Positions 29,610 to 39,248 of a stretch of DNA of 64,000 bases are shown here, piece by piece. The position numbers and the translations under genes are program-made. The stretch lies in NCBI GenBank assembly GCA_934700895.1, contig CAKUXV010000001.1:60070-124069 (forward strand). Reading direction: 5' to 3'. The first letter of the stretch is position 1. Each line of letters opens with the position of its first letter. The notes beneath the pieces were generated by a model. That model did not search any database, had not been told where the DNA came from, and was given only the letters and a program-made list of their open reading frames with translations. This DNA comes from an uncultured Bacilli bacterium (GTDB lineage Bacteria > Bacillota_I > Bacilli_A > RFN20 > CAG-826).

Positions 29610-30841
29610 TGTTGGATCTCGATAAAATCCGTTCCGATTTCCCGATGCTTCGAAACCATATCCAAATGCAGGGGAAACCTCTTGTTTGGCTTGATAACGC
29701 CTCCACGACGTTTAAGCCCGACTGTGTGATCAACGAAACGGTTCGTTACTATTCGTTTGAAACGGCCAATTCCCATCGCGGGGATTACGACCTTTGCTAC
29801 AACATGGACCAAAAGGTCCTTGCAACTCGAAAAGCCGTTGCCCATTTGTTACACTGTGACCCCACCGAAGTGGTTTTCACGGCGGGGGATACCGCCGGCA
29901 TGAACCTCATCGCCTATGGATACGCCGCTAGAAAACTCGGCCCCGACGATGAAATCCTGATCACGCAAGCCGAACACGCCTCCAATATTTTGCCGTGGTA
30001 TCGCGTCGCCGAACTAACGGGTTGTCAGGTGAATTTCATTCCTTTGACCAAAGAGGGGCGGTTAACGGCGGAAAACCTTAAAAAGGTGATTTCCTCCAAA
30101 ACCAAAATCGTTAGCATCGCTGGAGTGACCAACGTTTTGGGCTATGTTGCCCCGATGAAAGAATTAGCGGAAGTGACTCATGAAAATGGAGCCATCTTCA
30201 TTCTCGATGGCGCCCAATGCGTGCCGCATATGAAGATGGATGTCCAAGACCTCGACTGCGATTTCTTGGCGTTTAGTTCCCATAAGATGTGCGGTCCCAC
30301 CGGAGTTGGCGTTCTTTACGGCAAATACGATTTGCTGAAACAAACCCAGCCCTACATGACGGGCGGAGGCATGAACGTCAAATTCGATATGTGCGGGGAA
30401 GCCTCCTTCTTGGAACCCCCGATGCGCTTTGAAGCCGGAACTCAGCCCTTGGCCGAAATCTGCGCTTTGCGTCCCGCCATTGAATATCTGGAAAGCATCG
30501 GTCTAGACAACATTCAAAAGCACGAACGCGAACTCAAAAAATACGCGGTCGAAGAGCTCCAAAAAACCGGAAAGGTTACGATTTATAATCCTGATAGCGA
30601 AGCGGGAATCGTTACCTTTAATATCAACGGGGTCTTTGCTCAAGACGCGGCGACCTATCTCAATAGCCGCGGCATTGCCTGCCGTTCGGGCAATCACTGC
30701 GCCAAAATTCTTTCGTCCTTGCTAGGAACGGTGGCCACGGTCCGTGCTTCCTTTTATCTCTACACCACCAAACAAGAAATCGACGCCCTCGTTGACGCCG
30801 TTAAAAATGGAGGTCATTTCTTAGATGCCTACTTCAATTGA
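29609..30841 (+). CDS. sufS: Cysteine desulfurase SufS (class V aminotransferase)
   Basis: PLP-binding SSHKMCGPTG with a Lys, and the catalytic Cys loop (RSGNHCA). Confidence 0.9.
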   Translation: MLDLDKIRSDFPMLRNHIQMQGKPLVWLDNASTTFKPDCVINETVRYYSFETANSHRGDYDLCYNMDQKVLATRKAVAHLLHCDPTEVVFTAGDTAGMNLIAYGYAARKLGPDDEILITQAEHASNILPWYRVAELTGCQVNFIPLTKEGRLTAENLKKVISSKTKIVSIAGVTNVLGYVAPMKELAEVTHENGAIFILDGAQCVPHMKMDVQDLDCDFLAFSSHKMCGPTGVGVLYGKYDLLKQTQPYMTGGGMNVKFDMCGEASFLEPPMRFEAGTQPLAEICALRPAIEYLESIGLDNIQKHERELKKYAVEELQKTGKVTIYNPDSEAGIVTFNINGVFAQDAATYLNSRGIACRSGNHCAKILSSLLGTVATVRASFYLYTTKQEIDALVDAVKNGGHFLDAYFN

Positions 30842-31289
30842 ACTCAATCCCATGATGATGCGCGAAATCATCATCGACCACTACAACGCCCCGCGTCATA
30901 AGGCCAAACCCTCCACCATGGACGGCTATCTTTCCACGCATAGTTCCTCGGTCAATTGCATTGACGATATCGATGTTTGGCTCAAGGAAGAAAACGGAAC
31001 GATCGTCGACGCGTGTTGGGATGGCACCGCCTGCGCGATTTCCACCGCATCGACGGATATCCTCTGCGATTTATTAATTGGCAAAAAAGACGAAGAAGCC
31101 AAAAAAATCCAAGAGGAATACACCAAGATGATTACGGGGCAGGAAGAATACGATGCCTCCGTTTTGGACGAAGCCCTTTGCTTTGCCAATACCCATCGCC
31201 AGCCTTCCCGCATCCATTGCGCGACCATTGGCTGGGACGCTTTTGCCAAATTGATCCAAGAAGAGGAGACAAAGCACCATGGCGAGTGA
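30825..31289 (+). CDS. sufU: Fe-S cluster scaffold / sulfur-transfer protein SufU (NifU-like)
   Basis: 154 aa with three conserved Cys (...VNCID..., ...DGTACAIS..., ...HCATIGW...). Confidence 0.85.
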   Translation: MPTSIELNPMMMREIIIDHYNAPRHKAKPSTMDGYLSTHSSSVNCIDDIDVWLKEENGTIVDACWDGTACAISTASTDILCDLLIGKKDEEAKKIQEEYTKMITGQEEYDASVLDEALCFANTHRQPSRIHCATIGWDAFAKLIQEEETKHHGE

Positions 31290-32694
31290 GAAAAAACCAA
31301 CGGCCAGCGACATCCTAAACGAAGAGTACCAATACGGATTCCGCGATAAGGACGTTTCGATTTATAACACCGGCAAGGGATTGAATGAAAACGTCGTTCG
31401 CGAGATTTCCAAAGCCAAAGGGGAGCCGGAATGGATGCTCGAATTCCGCTTAAAGGCGTACCGCCAGTTTTTGAAGATGCCGATGCCAGATTTTGGCCCC
31501 TCCCTCGATAACGTCGATTTTGATTCTTACACCTATTTCACCCGCGTGGCGGAGGGAGAACATTCCTCTTGGGACGAGATCCCCGAGACCGTCAAAAATA
31601 CCTTTAACCGCCTTGGAATCCCGGAAGCGGAACAAAAATTCCTTTCCGGCGTTTCCACCCAATATGAATCGGAAGTCGTTTATCACAACATGCTTTCCGA
31701 ATTGCAGGAAAAAGGCGTGATTTTCCTTTCTAGCGACATGGGTTTGAAGCTTTTCCCCGATTTATTTAAGCAATATTTTGGGACCGTTATCCCTGTTGCC
31801 GACAGCAAATTCAGCGCGTTAAACGGAGCCTGCTGGAGCGGAGGAAGCTTCATCTATGTTCCTAAAGGCGTGAAACTCGACAAGCCCCTTCAATCTTATT
31901 TCCGTATCAATAACCAAAAAACGGGCCAATTCGAACGCACTTTAATCATCGCCGACGAAGGCGCGGACATCCATTACGTGGAAGGCTGCACCGCCCCAAC
32001 TTACAACAAGGAATCTCTCCATGTTGGCGTTGTAGAAATCGTGGTCAACAAAGGGGCCCACGTCCGTTATACGACCATTCAAAATTGGTCGACCAACATT
32101 TTGAATTTGGTGACTCAACGCGCCCGCGTAGAAGAAAATGGATTCATGGAATGGGTGGATGGCAACGTCGGTTCGATGACGACCATGAAATATCCCGCCT
32201 GCATTTTAAAAGGCGACCATTCTCGCGGTTCCACCGTGACGATCGCGGTCGGAAATAAGGGGCAGTACCAAGATTCGGGCGCCCGCATGATTCATATTGG
32301 CAAAGACACCTCCTCGACGATTGTTTCTAAGTCCGTCGTCCATCATGGTGGCGTGGCCAATTTCCGCGGCACCGTTAGGATGATGCCATCCGCTACGGGA
32401 GCCAAGTCGCACATTGAATGTGACACGTTGATTTTGGACGATGAATCCAAGTCGGATACTTATCCAAAGAATGAAATCCAAAACGATGACTCCTATATCG
32501 AACACGAAGCCACGGTTTCGAAGATTGACCAAGAACAGCTTTTCTATTTGATGAGTCGCGGTTTAAGCGAAAAAGAAGCGACCCAGATGATCGTTATGGG
32601 CTTTATTGAGCCTTTCGCCAAAGAACTTCCGATGGAATATGCGGTAGAACTCAATCAACTCATTAAGATGGATATGGCAGGGTCCATTGGATAA
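31279..32694 (+). CDS. sufB: Fe-S cluster assembly protein SufB
   Basis: 471 aa with C-terminal SufB motifs ([25 protein letters not shown]). Confidence 0.9.
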   Translation: MASEKKPTASDILNEEYQYGFRDKDVSIYNTGKGLNENVVREISKAKGEPEWMLEFRLKAYRQFLKMPMPDFGPSLDNVDFDSYTYFTRVAEGEHSSWDEIPETVKNTFNRLGIPEAEQKFLSGVSTQYESEVVYHNMLSELQEKGVIFLSSDMGLKLFPDLFKQYFGTVIPVADSKFSALNGACWSGGSFIYVPKGVKLDKPLQSYFRINNQKTGQFERTLIIADEGADIHYVEGCTAPTYNKESLHVGVVEIVVNKGAHVRYTTIQNWSTNILNLVTQRARVEENGFMEWVDGNVGSMTTMKYPACILKGDHSRGSTVTIAVGNKGQYQDSGARMIHIGKDTSSTIVSKSVVHHGGVANFRGTVRMMPSATGAKSHIECDTLILDDESKSDTYPKNEIQNDDSYIEHEATVSKIDQEQLFYLMSRGLSEKEATQMIVMGFIEPFAKELPMEYAVELNQLIKMDMAGSIG

Positions 32695-32696
32695 AG

Positions 32697-34574
32697 ATGG
32701 AAACTGATTTTGACGTCATCGTGGTCGGGGGCGGGCACGCGGGAATCGAAGCAAGCCACGCTTCTGCGATGCTTGGCCTGAAGACCTTGCTTCTCACCTT
32801 GAACCGCAAGATGATCGGCAACATGCCTTGCAACCCGCATATCGGGGGAAGCGCGAAGGGGATTGTCGTCCGTGAAATCGATGCGCTCGGTGGTCTTATG
32901 GCTCTTGCTGCGGACCATCGTCCTTTGCAGATGAAAATGCTTAATACCGGCAAAGGCCCCGGCGTACAGTGTCTTCGTTCTCAACAAGATAAAGAAGGGT
33001 ATCCCGCTTTTATTCAATCTCTTTTGGACCAAACTCCGAATCTAACCATCCTAGAAGAAGAAGTGAAAGACCTCCTTCATGATGATAAACGCGTATACGG
33101 GGTCGTTCTTTCTTCCAAAAAGACCTTAAATGCAAAGGCCGTGATTTTAACTACTGGCACCTACATGAATGGTCGAATCATCTCGGGACGGGATGTTTTT
33201 GAAGGTGGCCCAGATGGGGAAAAGCCCTCGAAGGGGTTATCGGAATCTCTGCAAAAAATGGGGATTGAGCTTGTTCGTCTTAAAACGGGGACTCCTCCTC
33301 GTCTAAAAGCTTCGACCATTGATTTTTCGAAAGGTGAAATCCAAGAGGGCAGCCATGAAAAACTCGCTTTTTCCTATTCCACGAAGCACTTCATTCCCTT
33401 TGAGGAACAGCTCCCTTGTTATTTGATTTATGCGGGAAAACCAACGATTGATATCGTCAAAGAACATATGCAGGACAGCGCTGTTTTCAATGGCGTCATC
33501 CAAGGAATCGGGCCTCGTTATTGCCCGTCTTTTGAATCGAAAATCGATCGTTTCGCGGACAAGGAACGTCATCAATTGTTTCTTGAACCCGAATACGAAC
33601 ACGGCGAATCCATTTACCTCCAAGGTTTTTCTACCGGCATGCCCCACGAAATCCAAGAAGAGATGGTCCATTCTTTGCCGGGATTAGAACACGCTGAGAT
33701 CTTAAAATGGGCCTATCAAATTGAATACGATGCCGTGAAGAGCTTTGAATTCGACGAAACATTGAAAATTAAAAAATACGATGGCCTCTATATTGCAGGA
33801 CAAATCTGCGGAACCAGCGGTTATGAAGAAGCGGCAGGGCTTGGTTTAATGGCTGGTATCAACGCCGCAAGAGCGATCCGCGGCCAGGATAAATTCGTTT
33901 TGAAACGAAACGAAGCCTATATCGGGGTCATGATCGATGATTTGGTGACCAAAGGGACGGACGAGCCATATCGTTTGCTTTCCTCCCGTGCCGAATATCG
34001 TTTGTTGCTTCGTCACGATAACGCGGACCTGCGTCTATGCGAACATGGATATGAACTTGGTTTATTAAGCGAATCTCGTTACGAGGAATTTAAGCAAAAG
34101 TACGAACGAATCAACGAAGCGATCCATCTTTTGGAAACCTGCAATATTTCAGATCGCGATGGCTTAAATGCCTATTTTGCCGAAAAGGGATTCCCACCCA
34201 CCAAAGACGGCAAAAAGGGCATGGATATTTTGAAACGCCCTGGCTTTCAATATCGCCGAATTCGCACTTTGATGCCGGAATTAGAACCCTATGATTTTGA
34301 CGACGAATCCGTTTTGGCTTTAGAAACCAAAGCCAAATACGAAGGGTATATCGCCAAAGAAGAAAAAGCGGCGAAGAATTTTTCCAAAGAAGAGTCTATG
34401 ATATTACGCCCCGACTTGGATTACATCCACATGGATGGTTTGCGATTAGAAGCAAGGCAAAAGCTCGATAAATATCGTCCTGCCAATTTAGGGCAAGCAA
34501 GCCGCATCTCGGGAGTCAATCCCGCAGACATCACAATCCTCGCCCTTTATTTGAAGAAGGAGAAACGTCTATGA
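32697..34574 (+). CDS. mnmG: tRNA uridine-5-carboxymethylaminomethyl modification enzyme MnmG (GidA)
   Basis: FAD-binding N-terminus DVIVVGGGHAGIEAS; length 625 aa. Confidence 0.95.
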   Translation: METDFDVIVVGGGHAGIEASHASAMLGLKTLLLTLNRKMIGNMPCNPHIGGSAKGIVVREIDALGGLMALAADHRPLQMKMLNTGKGPGVQCLRSQQDKEGYPAFIQSLLDQTPNLTILEEEVKDLLHDDKRVYGVVLSSKKTLNAKAVILTTGTYMNGRIISGRDVFEGGPDGEKPSKGLSESLQKMGIELVRLKTGTPPRLKASTIDFSKGEIQEGSHEKLAFSYSTKHFIPFEEQLPCYLIYAGKPTIDIVKEHMQDSAVFNGVIQGIGPRYCPSFESKIDRFADKERHQLFLEPEYEHGESIYLQGFSTGMPHEIQEEMVHSLPGLEHAEILKWAYQIEYDAVKSFEFDETLKIKKYDGLYIAGQICGTSGYEEAAGLGLMAGINAARAIRGQDKFVLKRNEAYIGVMIDDLVTKGTDEPYRLLSSRAEYRLLLRHDNADLRLCEHGYELGLLSESRYEEFKQKYERINEAIHLLETCNISDRDGLNAYFAEKGFPPTKDGKKGMDILKRPGFQYRRIRTLMPELEPYDFDDESVLALETKAKYEGYIAKEEKAAKNFSKEESMILRPDLDYIHMDGLRLEARQKLDKYRPANLGQASRISGVNPADITILALYLKKEKRL

Positions 34575-35269
34575 CTTACGCTGAATTATTCGCATTCGCA
34601 TCCGAGCGTGGTTTGGAACTAAACCCAGACCTTGAAACGAAATTCCACCGCTATGCGGAATTGCTCGCGGAATGGAATGAAAAGATGAACCTCACTTCGA
34701 TTACGGAGGAAAGCGAAGTCATTGAAAAGCATTTCCTCGATTCCTTAACCCCTGCTTTCGCAACCTCGTTTGCAGGCAAATCCGTGGCGGACATGGGGTC
34801 GGGAGCAGGCTTTCCGGGCATGGTCTTCGCCCTTGTCTTCCCTTCTTGCCACGTAACCTTAATGGATGCGACCAAAAAGAAATTCCTCTTCCTGGAAGAA
34901 CTCAAAAAGGAATTGGGGCTCAACAATGTTCGTTTCTTTGTGGGTCGGGTAGAAGACGCGAAATCGTTACGGGAAAATTTTGATATCGTCACGGCTCGCG
35001 GATTCGCTGCTACGCGTATCCTCCTCGAAGTGGGCGCCCCATTAGTCAAAGTCAACGGAACCGTCATTGCCATGAAGGGCCCTCGTGGGGAAGAAGAACT
35101 TCGCGAAGCGCTTGGCACCGAACAGCGGCTTGCCCTTCATTTAAGGAAGAAAGAAGAGTTGATGATGCCAAGCGGAGAAAAACGCATCAATTATTTCTTC
35201 GAAAAAATCCATCCAACCAAACCCTGCTATCCCCGTAGCTGGGCGGATATCCAAAAAAAGCCTCTCTAA
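34571..35269 (+). CDS. rsmG: 16S rRNA (guanine527-N7)-methyltransferase RsmG (GidB)
   Basis: SAM-binding motif DMGSGAGFPG. The gene overlaps mnmG. Confidence 0.9.
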   Translation: MTYAELFAFASERGLELNPDLETKFHRYAELLAEWNEKMNLTSITEESEVIEKHFLDSLTPAFATSFAGKSVADMGSGAGFPGMVFALVFPSCHVTLMDATKKKFLFLEELKKELGLNNVRFFVGRVEDAKSLRENFDIVTARGFAATRILLEVGAPLVKVNGTVIAMKGPRGEEELREALGTEQRLALHLRKKEELMMPSGEKRINYFFEKIHPTKPCYPRSWADIQKKPL

Positions 35270-35304
35270 GAGAATTTGCCAAAAAGGAGTAAACTATCCT
35301 CGTC

Positions 35305-36078
35305 ATGCCTAAGATCATCGCCATCGCCAACCAGAAGGGCGGGGTGGGAAAAACCACCACAGCCATCAACCTTTCGAGCGCCTTGTCTCATTTTGGGCAG
35401 CGCGTCCTTTTGGTGGATATGGACCCCCAAGGCAACGCGGGACGCGGCCTTGGCATCGATATTACTTTGGCAAAGGAAACGATTTACGAAGCTTTGACCG
35501 GCCAGATGGAAATGGAAAGTTGCATTCAGAAAACTTCCTTTGAAGGATTAAGCGTGACTCCGTCGAATCTTCGTCTGGCCTCTTTGGAAGCTTCAATGTA
35601 TACCCATCCCCAAGAGAAGCCCTTTGATTTGCTTGCCCGTTGCCTCAAATCCGTCGAATCCCATTACGATTTCATGATTTTGGATTGCCCACCCTCTTTA
35701 GGTCTATTGAACCTCAATGCCTTAAGCGCCGCGGATTCGGTGTTAATCCCCGTTCAATGCGAATATTTTGCCATGGAGGCGGTCGCCGCGATCCTTTCTT
35801 CCATTTCCAACGTCCAAAATACGTTGAACCCCCGGTTAAAAATTGAGGGTTTCCTGCTTACGATGTATGACGCTAGAACCCAATTAGGGACGGAAATCCA
35901 ACAAGAGGTGAGACGGTTATTCAAAGAAAATACCTTTGCCACCTCCGTTCCGCGGAACCAAAGCATTTCGGAATCCCAAGCCCGTCAACAGCCCGTCACC
36001 GTTTTCCGCCCGACTTCCCAAGGGAGCTACGCCTATTTCTCCTTGGCTAAAGAGATTTTGGACCATGAAACGCGATAA
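35305..36078 (+). CDS. soj: Chromosome partitioning ATPase ParA/Soj
   Basis: Deviant Walker A KGGVGKTT near the N-terminus (IAIANQKGGVGKTTTAINL). Confidence 0.9.
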   Translation: MPKIIAIANQKGGVGKTTTAINLSSALSHFGQRVLLVDMDPQGNAGRGLGIDITLAKETIYEALTGQMEMESCIQKTSFEGLSVTPSNLRLASLEASMYTHPQEKPFDLLARCLKSVESHYDFMILDCPPSLGLLNLNALSAADSVLIPVQCEYFAMEAVAAILSSISNVQNTLNPRLKIEGFLLTMYDARTQLGTEIQQEVRRLFKENTFATSVPRNQSISESQARQQPVTVFRPTSQGSYAYFSLAKEILDHETR

Positions 36079-36907
36079 GCCCAAATTGCTATCGGATTCG
36101 CTTTCCTCTTTGATTGAGAAATTTTCCCAAAGCGATGTTATCGCCGAGATGGAAAAGGAATATCAAAGCGCGCCTGCTAAACTGATTTCCACTTTGCTTA
36201 TTGACGATACTTCTTTTATTCAAGAAGTCCCTCTTCCAGAAAAAACGATTCGTTATTTTGCCGAAGGATTGAAATCCAAAGGTTTTTATAACCCCCTTGT
36301 CGTCCGTAAAAAAGGAGAAGGGCGTTATGAAGTGATCCTAGGAAGAAAGCGTTTCTTTGGTGCCAAAGCGGCGGGAATTTTATCCCTTCCGTGCGCGATT
36401 GTGGATTGTGGGGACGAGGAGACGTTATTGATGCTTCTTGCCGACGCCCGCGATCAGCGCGAAACGAATATTCTCGAAATGGCTCTTCTTTGCCATGCGC
36501 TAAGCGAAAAATTTGGATATCGTCAGCAAACCCTCGCCAATTTGTCGCACCAAAGTCGCTGCCAAATCACCAATACGATGCGGTTGTTAAAACTTCCTGC
36601 TTCGGTACGCTACGATGTGGCGTTAGGAAGACTTAGCTATGGCCAAGCCCGCGCTTTGGTCTCCCTCCCTTCTTCGTTTATTGAAGAGGCGGCCGAGGCA
36701 ATTCAAGAGAATGGTTGGTCGGTTCGCAAGACCGAGGAATATTGCAAAAAACTGCAGGGAAAAAGCGATAAACCCCTACACGTCCCCTCTATTTCTTATA
36801 AAAAAGGCAATACGGTTAGTCTCACTTTCTCTTCCATGGAAGAGATGAAAACCTTCTTGAAGAAGGCAGGGATTCCCCTTCCAATTAAAACCCCTTCTAA
36901 GAATTGA
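36065..36907 (+). CDS. spo0J: Chromosome partitioning protein ParB/Spo0J
   Basis: ParB-box region (VVRKKGEGRYEVILGRKRFFGAKAAG) and an HTH. Start chosen at MKRDKPK, overlapping the soj end. Confidence 0.8.
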   Translation: MKRDKPKLLSDSLSSLIEKFSQSDVIAEMEKEYQSAPAKLISTLLIDDTSFIQEVPLPEKTIRYFAEGLKSKGFYNPLVVRKKGEGRYEVILGRKRFFGAKAAGILSLPCAIVDCGDEETLLMLLADARDQRETNILEMALLCHALSEKFGYRQQTLANLSHQSRCQITNTMRLLKLPASVRYDVALGRLSYGQARALVSLPSSFIEEAAEAIQENGWSVRKTEEYCKKLQGKSDKPLHVPSISYKKGNTVSLTFSSMEEMKTFLKKAGIPLPIKTPSKN

Positions 36908-36931
36908 AGCGCGAGAAGGGCCGTGCTATGA

Positions 36932-37090
36932 TGAAGAGGCTTCAGGGCGACGAGAATTACGTCGACTGGCGGTATAGCCCGCGAGCCGAAAGGCACGATT
37001 TGGTGAAATTCCAAAGCCAACGGTACAGTCCGGATGGAAGAAAGCGCAGAACGATGTTTTGCCTCTGGAGCGTATGCTTAGGAGGCTTTT
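36932..37090 (+). ncRNA. FMN riboswitch (RFN element) with an RBS-sequestering expression platform
   Basis: The conserved RFN blocks are present: CUGGCGGUAUAGCCCGCGAGC ... GGUGAAAUUCCAAAGCCAACGGUACAGUCCGGAUGGAAGAAAG. They parallel the B. subtilis ribD leader (CCGGCGGUA...AGCCCG...GGUGGAUUC...AAGCCGACAGUGAAAGUCUGGAUGGGAGAAGG). GCCTCT at about 37061 can pair either with the P1 5' strand AGAGGC or with the RBS AGGAGGC. Confidence 0.8.
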
Positions 37091-37093
37091 TCT

Positions 37094-37825
37094 ATGAAAT
37101 GGTTAGCCGTGGGGCTACTTAGCGCCGTTTTGCTTATCGGCATTATCGTGGCCATGATTTTGGCCAAAAAACGTCCCGATTATAATGGGACGAGGCTCGT
37201 GGCCCGCGTTGGGATTTTCGGGGCGCTGTCCACGATTTTATATTGCGTACCCATTTTCAATATCCCCTTGCCCTTTTTCCCTTCCTTTTTGAAGATCCAC
37301 TTGGATGAATTGCCCGCGTTTATTTGCGGCTTTGCCTATGGACCCTTATCGGGATTCTTGGTCCTATTCGTTAAAACAATCATCAAATTGCCGTTAACCA
37401 ATACAATGTGCGTTGGGGAATTTGGGGATTTATTGCTCAGCTCCCTTTATTGTCTTCCCGCGACTTGGATTTATAAGCACTTCCGAACTTTAAAAGGCGC
37501 GATTGTTGGCATGGGCGTAGCCACGGTCATCCAAGTTTTGGGAGCCATGTTGTTCAACGTTTATATCCTGATTCCTTTCTATGTCTTCATGATGGGAATG
37601 GAAGAGACGTCGTTATTGGCGTTGATGCAGAAGGCCATGCCGATGATTAGCGACGTGAAATGGAGCTATGGCCTCATTGCCGTTTTGCCCTTCAACCTTT
37701 TAAAGGATGCGGTGATTACGGTTTTGACCTTCGTCCTTTATCATTTCCTTCATAAACCGTTGCGGTTAGAGAAGAAGACACCGAAAAAAGAGACTTTGGA
37801 AACAACAAACAAATCCTCCAATTAA
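37094..37825 (+). CDS. ribU: ECF transporter S component, probable riboflavin transporter RibU
   Basis: 243 aa with about 6 TM helices. The ARVGIFGALSTILY motif is typical of ECF S components. It is preceded by an FMN riboswitch. Confidence 0.75.
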   Translation: MKWLAVGLLSAVLLIGIIVAMILAKKRPDYNGTRLVARVGIFGALSTILYCVPIFNIPLPFFPSFLKIHLDELPAFICGFAYGPLSGFLVLFVKTIIKLPLTNTMCVGEFGDLLLSSLYCLPATWIYKHFRTLKGAIVGMGVATVIQVLGAMLFNVYILIPFYVFMMGMEETSLLALMQKAMPMISDVKWSYGLIAVLPFNLLKDAVITVLTFVLYHFLHKPLRLEKKTPKKETLETTNKSSN

Positions 37826-37834
37826 TCGGATGAA

Positions 37835-38860
37835 TGCTTGTTTAGTTCCTTTTCTAAAGCGGCCAAATGACCCATTAAGTCATCGAAATTTTTCACGGAA
37901 TCGTCGCGAATCATTTCTTTCATTGATTCAAAGTCTTTTCGCAATTCTGGCATTCTAAAACAAGCGGGACAAGGCGTATTGAACCTGGACGCATTCATCT
38001 AAGTGATTCCATGAATAACGATAAAATTTATTTTTAAAGGCGATAACTTGCTGCAAAAGGTCTAGGTTATCCATGGCCTTTCTCTTGTATTCCGTCAAAG
38101 AAATTTTCCAAACATCATAATAATGTCGTGCGTATCGCCTTGGGATAGGGATATATTTTCCACTCCGTCGGCTATTTTCCGTTTTGGGCGGTTGGCTTCC
38201 TGGCGAAGGATAAGAACTTTTCCCAAAATGTTCTTTCCGGGGAAATGGCACGAGCTTTTGTCGATGCGATTTGGCCGAGGGGAATGTTCATGCCGCAGAT
38301 GAGCGGACTAATTTCTTTTTCAGCGGAAGGAGTGGCCTCGGCTAATGGTCCTATTTCCAAACGCACGCAAGGTAGAATTCCCGCAGATGGAATGTTGAAA
38401 GTGGACGGATAATAAAAATTGATAATATGTCCATCGCCCTTGCCTAGTTGGAATTGGGGCGTAGTACGTAAAATTCCCGCGAAGCCTTTTTCTAAATCTG
38501 GCAAAATTTGGTTGGCAATAAATTTTGTGCGGCATCTTCTACCTCTTGATTGTATTTAAGTTGGGCTGTATGGCTTCGATTTTGATAAGGCTCTTCTGCT
38601 GGAAACCCCAGAGTCTTCCAATCGAGAATGAGATCGATATCTTCCAAAAACCGATCGATGATGTGAAAACATTTAGACAAGCTTGTCCCACCTTTAAAAG
38701 TAAACGAGGCGAGAAATTTGGAATGATGAAAAAGATAATCCAGAACGTGTGTTACCCAGAAATCTTTTTCGACAACAATGGAGGAAAGACCTACTTGAAT
38801 GGCGTAGGAATCAAAGAGGACCGCCCTGTCCTCTGGCTTCAGCTTTGCAATTTGGTGCAC
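37835..38860 (-). pseudogene. Frameshifted AbiEii/AbiGii-family nucleotidyltransferase toxin gene (type IV TA), in at least 4 pieces
   Basis: Minus-strand fragments 38492-38860 (FKGGTSLSKCF...RFLEDIDL, matching GGTAL...RFSEDIDF), 38172-38504, 37955-38251 and about 37835-37975 together read through an AbiEii-like protein in three different frames. Confidence 0.6.
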
Positions 38861-39164
38861 TTAAAATTCTCCTCATTTCTTGATTGATCCAAAATGTTGT
38901 TTTCATCCCGTTTCGAATTTCTTCTTTGTCGGTTTTGGATAGAAATGTGGAAAACCTGGCCCTAACTTTGTCTGATACGCCCCCCTTGCCTAGTTCTTTG
39001 ATGGCTTGAATGACAAGTCGATTGTTATTCGACAGCCCGCAAATATCTCTGCTAGTTGAGTGCTTAAAAATTTTTCTTTTATCTTGGCAAGAACGTACTA
39101 TGATAGTGCCCGTGAAAAAGAAGAGGTTCGTTCTTACGCTCGTTCCGCCTTCGGGGCCCAACAA
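38861..39164 (-). pseudogene. Remnant of the AbiEi-like antitoxin / regulator gene of the decayed TA pair
   Basis: It lies upstream of the AbiEii fragments in the same orientation. A winged-helix-like segment (KIFKHSTSRDICGLSNNNRLVIQAIKELGKGGV) is present. It is truncated relative to typical AbiEi. Confidence 0.35.
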
Positions 39165-39248
39165 TGGGGGAGTGTATTCAGTTAACGTGATCCGTCCTAG
39201 TTTGCTCTAGGACTTTTCTTTTCCCTTTTTCTAGTAAGGAATACCAAC

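Noticed and set aside
38525-38887. 120-aa plus-strand ORF
   Set aside because: It is antisense to the AbiEii pseudogene fragments, with no homology or RBS.
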